From the human T2T-CHM13v2.0 reference genome, Homo sapiens, in NCBI RefSeq assembly GCF_009914755.1, contig NC_060936.1: a DNA stretch of 64,000 nucleotides; one strand, written 5' to 3'. The notes beneath the pieces are model-generated. The model did no database searches and had not been told where the DNA came from. It saw only the letters and a list, made by a program, of their open reading frames with translations. The number at the start of each line of letters is the position of its first letter. The stretch's first letter is position 1. This document shows, in pieces, positions 1 through 15,534 of the stretch. A program made the translations under genes and the position numbers.

Positions 1-1231
1 CACACCAGCAAAGGCAGGCTATGCTATAGTACAAGCCACTAGCCTGCCTCTTAGAATCTCTCATTTCCTTTCCAGCATGGAAATCTATCCTCAAAGAAAT
101 AATTTCTCAGTGTTCCATCTGCTATTCTACTACTACTCATGGATTATTCAGGCCCCCTCCCTTCCCTACACATCAAGCTCAAGGATTTGCCCCAACCCAG
201 GACTGGCAAATTAGCTTTACTCAGCATGCCGCAAGTAAGATAACTACAATAACTCTTAGTCTAGGTAGATACTTTCACTGGATAAGTAGAGTCCTTTCCT
301 ATAGGGTCTGAGAAGGCCACTGCAGTCATTTCTTCCCTTCTGTCAGACATAATTCCTCAGTTTAGCCTTCCCACCTCTATACAGTCTGATAACGGACCAA
401 CCGTTATTAGTCAAATCAGCCAAGCATTTTTTCAGGTTCTTAGTATTCAGTGACAGACTAATAGTCTATTAAAAACACACCTCACCCAGCTCAGCCACCA
501 ACTTAAGAAGGACTGGACAATACTTTTACCACTTTTGCTTCTCAGAATTCAGGCCTGTCCTCGGAATGAAACAAGATAACAGCCCATTTAAGCTCCTGTA
601 TAGATGCTCCTTTTTATTAGGCCCCAGTCTCATTACAGACACCAGACCAACTTAGACTGTGCCCCCAAAAAACTGGTCATCCCTACTATCTTCTGTCTAG
701 TCATACTCCTATTCACCGTTCTCAACTACTCATACATGCCCTGCTCGTGTTTACTCTGTTTCTCCAAGCCATCACAGCTGATATCTCCTGGTACTGTCCC
801 CAAACTGCCACTCTTAACACTTAAAGTAAATAAATAATCTTTGCTGGCAAGGCTATGCTGAACCTCCTTAGGCACTCTCTAATTAGATGTCCCAGGTCCT
901 CCCAATTCTTAGTCCTTTAATACCTGTTTTTCTCCTTCTCTTATTCCATTTAGTTTTTCAATTAATACAAAACTGTATCCAGGCCATCACCAATAATTCT
1001 AAATGACAAATGTTTCTTTTAACAACCCCACAATATCACCCCTTACCACAAAATCTTCCTTCAGCTTAATCGCTCCCACTTTAGGTTCCCACGCCACCCC
1101 TAATCCCGCTGGAAGCAGCCCTGAGAAACATCGCCCATTATCTCTCCACACTATCCCCCAAAAATTTTCGACGCCCCAACACTTCAACACTATTTTGTTT
1201 TATTTTTCTTATGAATATAAGAAGGCAGGAA
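1..1231 (+). mobile_element. HERV-H internal 3' part (decayed integrase/env remnant, PPT); 5' part lies outside the window
   Basis: Integrase motif remnant (W)VDTFTG(W)VE with both Trp codons as stops (~262-294); PPT aagaaggcaggaa at 1219-1231; homologous to the minus-strand copy at 50532-51340. Confidence 0.92.
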
Positions 1232-1683
1232 TGTCAGGCCTCTCAGCACAAGCCAAGCCATCACATCCCCTGTGACTTGCATGAATATGCCCAGATGGCC
1301 TGAAGTAACTGAAGAATCACAAAAGAAGTGAATATGCCCTGCCCCACCTTAACTGATGACATTCCACCACAAAAGAAGTGTAAATGGCCAGTCCTTTCCT
1401 TAAGTGATGACACTACCTTGTGAAAGTCCTTTTCGTGGCTCATCCTGGCTCAAAAACACCCCCTCTGAGCACCTTGTGACCCCCACTCCTGCCCGCCAGA
1501 GAACCAACCCCCTTTGACTGTAATTTTCCTTTACCTACTGAAATCCTATAAAATGGCCCCACCCTTATCTCCCTTCACTGACTCTCTTTTCGGACTCAGC
1601 CCACCTGCACCCAGGTGAAATAAACAGCTTTATTGCTCACACAAAGCCTGTTTGGTGGTCTCTTCACACGGACGCAAGTGAAA
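1232..1683 (+). mobile_element. LTR7 (HERV-H 3' LTR)
   Basis: Starts TGTCAGGCCTCT and ends ...CACACGGACGCAAGTGAAA; TATAAAA ~1547; AATAAA ~1619; two CACAAAAGAAG blocks in U3. Confidence 0.95.
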
Positions 1684-2604
1684 CTCACTAGGAAGTGCCA
1701 GACAGTGGGCGCAGGTCAGTGGGTGCAGCATACTGTGCACCAGCCAAAGCAGGGCGAGGCATTGCCTCACTCGGGAAGCACAAGGGGTCAGGGAGTTCCC
1801 TTTCCTAGTCAAAGAAAGGGGTGACAGATGGCACCTGGAAAATCGGGTCACTCCCACCTGAATACTGTGCTTTTCTGACCGGCTTAAAAAACGGCACACC
1901 AGGAGATTATATCCAGCACATGGCTAGGAGGGTCCTACAGCCACAGAGTCTCGCTGATTGCTAGCACAGCAGTCTGAGATGAAACTGCAAGGCAGCAGCG
2001 AGGCTGGGGGGGGGGCGCCCGCCATTGCCCAGGCTTGCTTAGGTAAGCAAAGCAGCCGGGAAGCTCCAACTGGGTGGTGCCCACCACAGCTCAAGGAGGC
2101 CTACTTGCCTCTGTAGGCTCCACCTCTGGGGGCAGGGCACAGACAAACAAAAAGACAGCAGTAACCTCTGCAGACTTAAATGTCCCTGACAGCTTTGAAG
2201 AGAGCAGTGGTTCTCCCAGCACGCAGCTGGAGATATGAGAAAGGGCGGACTGCCTCCTCAAGAGGGTCCCTGACCCCTGACCCCCGAGCAGCCTAACTGG
2301 GAGGCACCCCCCAGTAGGGGCAGACTGACACCTCACACAGCCGGGTACTCCTCTGAGACAAAACTTCCAGAGGAATGATCAGACAGCAGCATTCGCGGTT
2401 CACGAAAAACCCCTGTTCTGCAGACACCGCTGCTGATAACCAGACAAACAGGGTCCGGAGTGGACTTCTAGCAAACTCCAACAGACCTGCAGCTGAGGGT
2501 CCTGTCTGTTAGAAGGAAAACTAACAAACAGAAAGGACATCCACACCAAAAACCCATCTGTACATCACCATTATCAAAGACCAAAAGTAGATAAAACCAC
2601 AAAG

Positions 2605-3622
2605 ATGGGGAAAAAACAGAGCAGAAAAACTGGAAACTCTAAAAAGCAGAGCGCCAATCCTCCTCCAAAGGAATGCAGTTCCTCACCAGCAATGGAACAA
2701 AGCTGGATGGAGAATGACTTTGATGAGTTGAGAGAAGAAGGCTTCAGATGATCAAACTACTCTGAGCTACAGGAGGAAATTCAAACCAAAGGCAGAGAAG
2801 TTGAAAACTTTGAAAAAAATTTAGACGAATGTATAACTAGAATAACCAATACAGAGAAGTGCTTAAAGGAGCTGATGGAGCTGAAAGCCAAGGCTCTAGA
2901 ACTACCTGAAGAATGCAGAAGCTTCAGGAGGCGATGCAATCAACTGGAAGAAAGGGTTATCACTGATGGAAGATGAAACAAATGAAATGAAGTGAGAAGG
3001 GAAGTTTAGAGAAAAAAGAATAAAAAGAAATGAACAAAGCCTCCAAGAAATATGGGACTATGTGAAAAGATCAAATCTACATCTGATTGGTGTACCTGAA
3101 AGTGACGGGGAGAAGGGAACCAAGTTGGAAAACATTCTGCAGGATATTATCCAGGAGAACTTCCCCAACCTAGCAAGGCAGGCCAACATTCAGATTCAGG
3201 AAATACAGAGAACACCACAAAGGTACTCCTTGAGAAGAGCAACTCCAAGACACATAATTGTCAGATTCACCGAAGTTGAAATGAAGGAAAAAATGTTAAG
3301 GACAGCCAGAGAGAAAGGTTGGGTTACCCACAAAGGGAAGCCCATCAGACTAACAGCAGATCTCTCAGCAGAAACTATATAAGCCAGAAGAGAGTGGGGG
3401 CCAATATTCAACATTCTTAAAGAAAAGAATTTTCAACCCAGAATTTCATATCCAGCCAAACTAAGCTTCATAACTGAAGGAGAAATAAAATACTTTACAG
3501 ACAAGCAAATGCTGAGAGATTTTGTCACCACCAGGCCTGCCCTAAAAGAACTCCTGAAGGAAGCACAAAACATGGAAAGGAACAACCGGTACCAGCCACT
3601 GAAAAATCATGCCAAAATGTAA
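2605..3622 (+). pseudogene. L1 ORF1p, disrupted
   Basis: ATG GGG AAA AAA CAG at 2605; premature TGA at 2748; later frameshift; fragment 3062-3382 (NLHLIGVPE...RHIIVRF). Confidence 0.9.
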
Positions 3623-3685
3623 AGACCATTGAGAGTAGGAAGAAACTGAATCAACTAATGAGCAAAATAACCAGCTAACATCATA

Positions 3686-7504
<3,819 letters not shown>

Positions 7505-7727
7505 ACAATGAGAACACATGGACCCAGGAAGGGGAACATCACACTCTGGGGACTGTTGTGGGGTGGGGGCAGGGGGAAGGGATAGCACTGGGAGATATAC
7601 CTAATGCTACATGACGAGTTAGTGGGTGCAGCGCACCAGCATGTCACATGTATACATTTGTAACTAACCTGCACATTGTGCACATGTACCCTAAAACTTA
7701 AAGTATAATAATAATAATTAAAAAAAG

Positions 7728-8850
7728 ACATGAAAATTAAAAAAGAGGAAGTCAAATGATCACTCTTTGCAGATGGCACAATTTTATATATAGAAAACCT
7801 TAAAGACTCCTCAAAAAACTCTTATAACTGATAAAACAAATTTACTAAAGTTCCTAGGTATAAAATCGACATGCAAAAGTCAGTAGGATTTGCATATGCC
7901 AGCAATAAACTAGCTGGAAAATAAATTAAGACAACAACTACATTTACAATTGCTAAAACAACAAGAAAAAAAGATAACTACCCTAGAAATAAATGTAACC
8001 ATGGAGGTAAAGACCTCTTCAAAGAAAACCACAAAAGAAATGAAGAGGACACAAATGGAAATACATCCCAAGGCTTAATATTGTTACTATGACATTACTA
8101 TCCAATTCAATCTACAGATCCAATGTAATCCCTAAATAACATTCTTCAGAGAGACAGATAGAGAAAAAATTCTAAAATTCCTGTGGCACTGCTAAAGGCA
8201 CCACAAAACCAAAGCAATCTTGAGTGAAAAGAACAGAGCTGAGGCACCACACTACTTGACTTCAAATTATAATACAAAGCTATAGTAGTCAAAACAGGAT
8301 GGTATTATTATAAAAAACAGACACATAGGCCAATGGAACAGAATAGAGAATCTAGAAATAAACCGACATAGTTACAGCCAACTGATTTTTGACAAAGGTG
8401 CCAAGAACATACACTGTGGAAAGGGCACCCTTCAATAAATGGTAATGGTGAAATAATGGTGAAACTGGATGTCCCATACACAGAATAATAAAACTAGACC
8501 CAATTTTCTTACCATATACAAAAATCAACACAAAATGTATTAAAGACTTAAATATAAGACCCAAAGCTATAAAACATCTTCAAGGAAATGTAGAGGAAAT
8601 GCTTCAGGATATTGCTCTAGGCAAGGATTTTATTGCTAAAACTTCAAAAACACAAAACAACAAAAGGAAAGACAGACAAGTGGCACAAACTAGACTATAT
8701 TAAACGAAAAATATTCTCTACAGCAAAAGAAACAATCAACAGAGTGAAGAAAAAAATCTTTAGAATGGAAAAAATATTTGCAAACAAGGGACTAATATCC
8801 AGAATATAGAAGAAATTCAAACAACTCAACAGTTAAAAAAACAACAAAAA
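7728..8850 (+). mobile_element. Old L1M ORF2 fragment (probable host of the L1PA3 insertion)
   Basis: Diverged ORF2 sequence (gaggaagtcaaa...tttgcagatg; aaactagacccaa...; tttgcaaac). Confidence 0.75.
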
Positions 8851-8852
8851 AC

Positions 8853-9155
8853 AACCATCTACCTTCTCTACCTCCATGAGATCAACTTTTCTAGCTCCCA
8901 TATGAGTGAAAACATGCAATCTTTGTCTTTCTGGCCTGGCTTATCTCACTGACCATAAAGACCTTTAATTCCATTCATGTCGCTGCAAATGGAAGATTTT
9001 TATTCTTTTTATGACTGAATGATACTCTATTGTGTACATACACATTTTCTTTACCCACTCATTTGTTAATGGACACTTAGGTTGATTCCATATCTTTGTT
9101 ATTGTCAATTTAGTGCTGCAATAAAAATGGGGTACAGGTATACTTTCGATATAAT
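8853..9155 (-). mobile_element. Old L1M 3' fragment, antisense
   Basis: ccatgagatcaactttt...gctcccatatgagtgaaaacatgc...ggttgattccatatc is typical of L1MA 3' ends. Confidence 0.7.
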
Positions 9156-9217
9156 TACTCCTTAAAGTTGTGTATAGATGTCACAAAATAGAAGGTAAAA
9201 ACTTAAAAAAAAAATAC

Positions 9218-10593
9218 TGTGTCTGGAATTGGTGGGTTCTTGGTCTCACTGACTTCAAGAATGAAGCCGCAGACCTTCGCAGTGAGTCTTACAGTTCTTA
9301 AAGGTGGTATGTCTGGAGTTTGTTCTTTCTGATGTTCAGATGTGCTCAGAGTTTCTTCTTTCTGGTGGGTTCGTGGTCTTGCTGGCTCAGGAGTGAAGCT
9401 ACAGGCCTTTGTGGTGAGTGTTACATCTTGCTGGCTTCAGGAGTAAAGCTGCAGACTTTCACGGTGAGTGTTACAGTTCATAAAGGCAGTATGGACCTAA
9501 AGAGTGAGCAGTAGCAAGATTTATTGCAAAGAGCAAAAGAACAAAGCTTCCACAGTGTGGAAGTGGACTTGAGCGGGTTGCCACTGCTGGCTCGGGCAGC
9601 CTGCTTTTATTGTCTTATCTGGCCCCTACATCTTGCTGATTGGTAGAGCCGAGTGGTCTGTTTTGACAGGGCGCTGATTGGTGCATTTACAATCTTTGAG
9701 CTAGACACAAAGGTTCTCCACGTCCTTACTAGATTAGCTAGATACAGAGTGTCGACACAAAGGTTCTCTAAGGCCTTACTAGAATAGCTAGATACAGAGT
9801 GTCGATCGGTGCATTCACAAACTTTGAGCTAGACACAGGGTGCTGATTGGTGTATTTAGAAACCTTGAGCTAGATACAGAGTGCTGATTGGTGTATTTAC
9901 AATCTTTGGGCTAGACATAAAGGTTCTCTACATCCTCACCAGACTCAGGAGCCTAGCTGGCTTCACCCAGTGGATCTTGCACCGGGGCTACAGATGGAGC
10001 TGCCTGCCAGTCCTGCGCCATGCGCCTGCACTCTTCAGCCTTTGGGTGGTCGATGGGACTGGGCACCATGGAGCAGGGGGCGGCACTTATCAGGGAGGCT
10101 CTGGCCGCACAGGAGCCTATGGAGTGGGTGGGAGGCTCAGGCATGGTGGGCTGCAGGTCCCGAGACCTGCCCTGCGGGAAGGCAGCTAAGGCCTGGTGAG
10201 AAATCGAGCACAGCGCCGGTGGGCTGGCACTGCTGGGGGACCTAGTACACTTTCTGCACTCGCTGGCCTGGGTGCTAAGCCTCTCATTGCCCGGGGCTGG
10301 CAGGGCGGGCCTGCTGCTCTGAGTGCAGGGCCCGCCAAGCTCACGCCTAACTGGAACTCCAGATGGCCCACAAGCGCCTTGTGCAGCCCCGGTTCCCGCT
10401 CACGCCTCTCCTTCCACACCTCCTTGCAAGCTGAGGGAGCCGGCTCCGGCCTTGGCCACCCCAGAAAGGGGCTCCCACAGTGCAGTGGTGGGCTGAAGGG
10501 CTCCTCAAGTGCTGCCAAAGTGGGAGCCCAGGCAGAGGAGGCGCCGAGAGTGAGGGAGGGCTGTGAGGACTGCCAGCATGCTGTCACCTCTCA
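9218..10593 (-). mobile_element. LTR12 (3' LTR of the provirus)
   Basis: Minus strand begins TGAGAGGTGACAGC; tandem CCAAT repeats; lacks ~55 bp of U5 repeat present in the 5' LTR. Confidence 0.95.
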
Positions 10594-10649
10594 ATCTTCT
10601 TTCTAAACATGACACTTTAACAGCTGTTGGGAATTTGGCTGATGACTGC

Positions 10650-11200
10650 TTTAGCTACTTCTTGCTGTATAGGGGTGAAGAAGGGGCCCTGCAGTTGTAG
10701 TGTCTTTCAGAGGGAAACTTTCTAGGCCAAGAGAAGTGCCAGCAGGTGGGTCCAGGGGTCCTCGGTAGAAGTTGTTGGTTGAACTTATTTGGGGTTCTAC
10801 TTGTAAGACTATCTGTAGCTTGATGGCCTTGATTCTAGAGGAAACAAATTTGACAAGAAGGTTAAAAATACAGGGCCTAAAGGCAAGTAATAGCAATATG
10901 GCTGCTACGGGACTTAGAAAGGGGAGAAGCTATGTTGCCCAACTCCAGAGGTTGGTATAAGAATATGAAAGGCGTTGTCTGATTTCAGAAGTCTTTTCCT
11001 GTAAACGCTGGGCGGCATCTTGTACTATCTTCTACTGGTTAGTGTAAAAACAACACTCTTCCTTTAAGAAGGTGCAGAGTCCTCCTTTCTCAGCAGTGAG
11101 GAGATCTAGGCCTCGGCGGTTTTGGAGAGTCACTGCTGCCAAAGAGTCTATTTGGGACTGTAAAGTAAGAATAGATTTCGTTATTTCTTGCAAACTGTCT
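10650..11200 (-). pseudogene. ERV9 env TM remnant with immunosuppressive domain
   Basis: Minus strand 11127-11077 encodes [17 protein letters not shown], followed by a frameshifted CX6CC region; ORF 10651-10896 resembles the env cytoplasmic tail. Confidence 0.85.
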
Positions 11201-11559
11201 GAGAGGCAGATATGGGTTGAAGTTCTACATAAGTAGAATATGCCTTGGCTGGGTAGATAGAAATTTACTTTGGCTTTTAAAGGAATAGGGTACTCTGTTT
11301 TTTCTTTACTAATTCTATCTTTCTTTTTCTTTCTTTGACTTCTTCTTTGTCTTTTCCTCTTTTTTTAACTCTCTTTGACTTTCTGTGTCTGTCTTTCCTT
11401 CTTTTTGACTTCTTTTTTTGTCTCTGTTTTTGACTCTTTCTTTGACTTTCTGTTTGTCTTTTCTTCTGTCTTTTTCTTTGATTTCTTGTCTTTTTCTTTC
11501 TTTTTTGCTGCCTCTGCCAGCCGCTTATGCTGCTGTTCTCCTCTCTTATTCCTATTTTG

Positions 11560-14180
11560 ATGGCATTGGCAGTGTAAGATTTTTACCTCTTTGTGTTTTT
11601 GCATTGCGTGCAATAACTTTATAATTTCTTTGTGGTATTTAATGGGGGTTTCTTCAGAGGTTAGGAACTCCCTCTCTTTCCATATTGCAGCATGGGGATG
11701 TAGGATTAGATAAGCATACTTGCTATCTGTGTACATATTTATTTTTTTCCTTTTGTTAGTTCTAGGCCTTGGGTAAGTGCCACTAGTTCTGCTAACTGGG
11801 CACTGGTCCCTTGGGGAAGAGGCTTGCTTTCAAGTATGGTTACATCACTAACTGTGGCGTAACTTGCCTTTCATATCTTATTCTCCACAAATGAACTTCT
11901 ATCATTATATAGGTTAAGGTCAGGATTAGTTAAGGGGGCTTCTAAGAGATCATCTTGGGCAGCATAAGTCTGGACTATAATTTGTTGGCAGTCATGCTCG
12001 ATTGGTTCCTCATCCTCTGGGAGAAAAGTGGCAGGGTTGAGGGCCACACATGTGCGTATTTGAAGCACCGGTCCTTTAAGGAAGAGCGCCCAGAATTACT
12101 GCCTCATTGATGAGTCTAAGATCTTGCACTAGTCTCTACTGACCATTCGGTTTTTGTACTCCCAGAATTGGGTTGTTGCAGGGACTGCTGCATTTCTTTA
12201 CTAAGCCTTGAGCTTTCAAATGTTTACCAATATTCTGTAATCTTTTATGAGCTTCAGGCTCTAAGGGATATTGCCTTTGATAAGGAAAAGTGGTGGGATC
12301 TTTTGATTTGGACTGGGCAGGCATTTTTTGCCCTTCCAAATTGTCCTTCTAATGCCCAGACTTCAGGGTTGATTCCCTCCTCAAGTAGGGGACAACAAAT
12401 GGGTAACTGGTTCTTCATATTCATGTAGATAATAGCTCTAGCCTTGGCTAATATATCCTTCCTCAATAAGGGTGTGGGACTTTCAGGCATAACAAGAAAG
12501 GCAAGTGAAAAGAGCAAAGTCTCCTAATTACAACTGAGAAGGTGGGAGAAATACCTGGTTACAGGCTGTCCTAGGATTCTTTGGATGGTAACGGACCTTG
12601 AGGACAGTCATCCAGGACAGGAGATTAACACTGAGAAGGCTGTGCCAGTGTCCAGGAGGAAGTCAATTTCCTGGCCTTCAATAGTTGAACATACCTGGGG
12701 ATCAGTGAGGGTGATGACATGAGCTGGCACTTGCCCCAGGCACCCTCAGTCCTGTTGTTGGATCATCTGGTTGGGGGCTTCTGACCTAGGGAACCTTTGT
12801 CCTCTGGGGCAGTGCACCTTCTAGTGATTGCCTCAGCATAGTGGACATGGACGAGGGGGCAGCTTGTTTCTCATTGGACAATCTTTTCTAAAGTGTCCTA
12901 GTAAACTACACTGATAACAAGCCTTACTAGGTGATTGGCCTGCTTTATTTTCTGTCCTCTCTGAACCACTAAGGTTTGTTTGTCTGAGGGCCATGACTAA
13001 GGCTTCGGCCTTTCTCTGATCTCGCTTTTCTTTTTGGGCCTGTTCCTCTTGGTCCTTATTATACAATACTGAGGTTGTCAGGTTTAATAATGCCTCTAGA
13101 TTTTGTTCAGGGCCTAGGGCTTGCTTTTGGAGCTTTCTCCTGATATCTGTGGCTGATTGGGTAATAAACTTATCTTTTAGAATCAATTGACCCTCGAGTG
13201 ATTCAGGTGACAGAGGAGTATATTTTCTTAAGGCCTCTCGTAGCTGCTCGAGAAAGGCAGAAGGATTTTCTTCCTTTCCTATGGTGGACATCATTGTATA
13301 ATTCATGGGCTTTTTTCTAATTCTCCTTAGTCCTTCTAGAACACAGGTCAACAGATGTTTATGACTCTAGTCCTTATGATCTGAGTCAAGGTCCTAGTGG
13401 GGATCCATACTGGGGATGGCTTGCTGACCGGTAGGGACTTTGTCCTTTTCTTCGGCTGTCATTCTATCATTTACTTGACTAAGATACTAGGTATCTCCAA
13501 ACTCTCAGGCTGCAGCTAAAGCCGCATTCTTTTCATTAAAGGCCAGGGTTTGATCTAACAGTGGCATGACATCTCTCTAAGCGAGGTCAAAGGTTTGCCT
13601 TAGACCTTGTAGGACAGCTATGTACTTATCAGGATCATCTGAAAACTTCCTTAGGTCTGCCTTGATCTGCTTTAAATCAGAGAGGGAGAAGGGGACATGT
13701 ACCTGGGTTGGGCTAGATTCCTCTCCCCCTACAGCTTGAAGGGGACATAACTGATAGCCTGGGGTTTTTTTTGGTCCTTTGGAGATTTCTTTGCTTACTT
13801 CTTTCTGGGCAGGGGAGATTAGAGGAGGATTATCATTAATAGGAAGGGGAGCTATAGGGAGGCTAGGATATGGGGGTAAGCTGAGAGGTCCTCCTATGGG
13901 ATGTAAATTGCAAGCTTTGCATAGTTGTGTATTCTCCTTCAATGAAAAGAAAGCTTGAACATAAGGTATTTCACTCCATTTGCCTTCCCTCTTACAGAAA
14001 AGGTCAAGCTGCAGGATAGTATTGTAATTTGTACTTCTTTCAAGTGGCCATTTTTTCCTATCAGAGAGAGAATATTGGGGCCAAGCCATAGTGCAGAAAA
14101 AAATGAGCCACCTCTTTTTCAGGGTTTGTGGGTTAAATTGGTCTTAATGGCTTAGCATGCATTTCAAGGTTGAGCCTGTT
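11560..14180 (-). pseudogene. ERV9 gag-pro-pol remnants (most of RT deleted; integrase absent)
   Basis: Gag ORFs 13577-14089 and 12833-13351 with zinc knuckle CYQCSLLGHFRKDC; pro/RT start 12136-12517; RT breaks off after the VQDLR motif at ~12090; RNase H YTDSKYAY. Confidence 0.88.
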
Positions 14181-15513
14181 GATGCCTGAGTGTTTCTTAT
14201 ATGAAAGACAAAACCGCCCATGGTTTTGGTTTATTTTGTTTTTCCTCCTGCCTCAGAACTTGCAACAGTCCTTGGACCTTGCTGATCAGAATAGTTGCAC
14301 TCACCAATGCAGCAGCAGAAACAACCCCTGCCTAAGAACCTGCAACGGTCCCTGGACCCTGCTGATCGGAATAGTTACGCTCACCAACGCAGCAGCAGAA
14401 ACACCAGTTTTCCTCCCAGACCACATGGAGGACTGACGAAGGTTGGATTTAGTGGTCCTTACTGATGCATTCTCGAAAACCTGAACCTCTGCCTGTCCTC
14501 CTAGACCACAAGGAGGACCGACTGAGAAAAATCGGATTTAGTGGCCCTTACTGATGCATTCTTGAAAACCTGTTAGAGTCCTAAGCATTCTCCTGTTAGT
14601 ATTGGGACTTTACTCTTTTCCTATAAAGATGTTATGCCCCAAAAATGAAGTGGAGGGCCATACCCTGAGGGAGGGAAGGGATCTTCAGGGTTGGAAGAGT
14701 GACACCTTTTGTCCTCACTTATATGAATAGGAAGGATACAATTTCTGAGGCTCCCCACATCCTAGCTTCAGGAATAGCTTTTGTTAGGCCTATTAGTCTG
14801 AGAAGGGATCCTAAATTCCAGGTAGTCCCCGGTATGACGGGGCTTTGGGCAAAAATTATGTCTTTCTGATTGGTGAGCCCAGGTGCCTAAAGAAGGTAAC
14901 AGAGTCCTGGAGTTTATACTAGAAATCATTCTTATAGGAGAAACTAGAAAAGCACCAGAGACAGGTAGCAATTTTTAGAAGCAGGTCTAACCTCAAAGAA
15001 GAGAGGCGAGTGGAAGTTTGTCTGGCAGGCATTAGGACCCAGGGGGCAAAGGTCAGGATAGATAGGATAGATGGGAGAGTCTCGCTTGGGCGACATGCCT
15101 TTGAGAGTTCCACTCATGGCCACAGGGTCAACCAACATGTTGTTGGGACCCCGGAGCTGCATGGCTTTCCTCTCTGTTGACCCTCGGCTCAGCCCAGTAG
15201 TACAGGAAAAGTGGAAGCTGGTTCTAGGCAAACCAACAGTCCCAACTCTGAAGAGTCGGGGGTTGTTAGAGAGCCCTTTCCCAGAAAGCCTGACACCCGT
15301 GTCTATAGTCCGGCAGCCGCGCTAGTCACTTTTAACTGGCCAACAGGTGCCCGGTATTAAGCTCCTGAATTCTAAGGAAAAACAGGACAGAATAGCAAGC
15401 AAAAGGGGTCTGATGGTACTCACTGCTTGGCGATAGGCGATTGTCTCACTGCTCGGCAATAGGCGATGGTCTCACTGCTCGGCGATTGTCTCACCGCTTG
15501 GCAATAGGTGAAA

Positions 15514-15531
15514 GTCCCTTCGTGGTCGCCA
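15514..15531 (-). promoter_or_regulatory. ERV9 primer binding site (tRNA-Arg)
   Basis: TGGCGACCACGAAGGGAC, 3 nt after the 5' LTR. Confidence 0.88.
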
Positions 15532-15534
15532 AAA

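Noticed and set aside
7728-9155. Twin-priming L1 inversion
   Set aside because: The fragments meet tail-to-tail, not head-to-head, and no TSD is visible; more likely two old fragments or a later rearrangement
9660-9930. Regular ~40-bp CTGATTGGT...GAGCTAGA repeats (also 16040-16300 and 39550-39920)
   Set aside because: Standard ERV9 LTR enhancer repeats, not an independent array
11365-11736. Lys/Glu-rich 123-aa ORF
   Set aside because: RNase H remnant running into an A-skewed purine repeat; not a host protein
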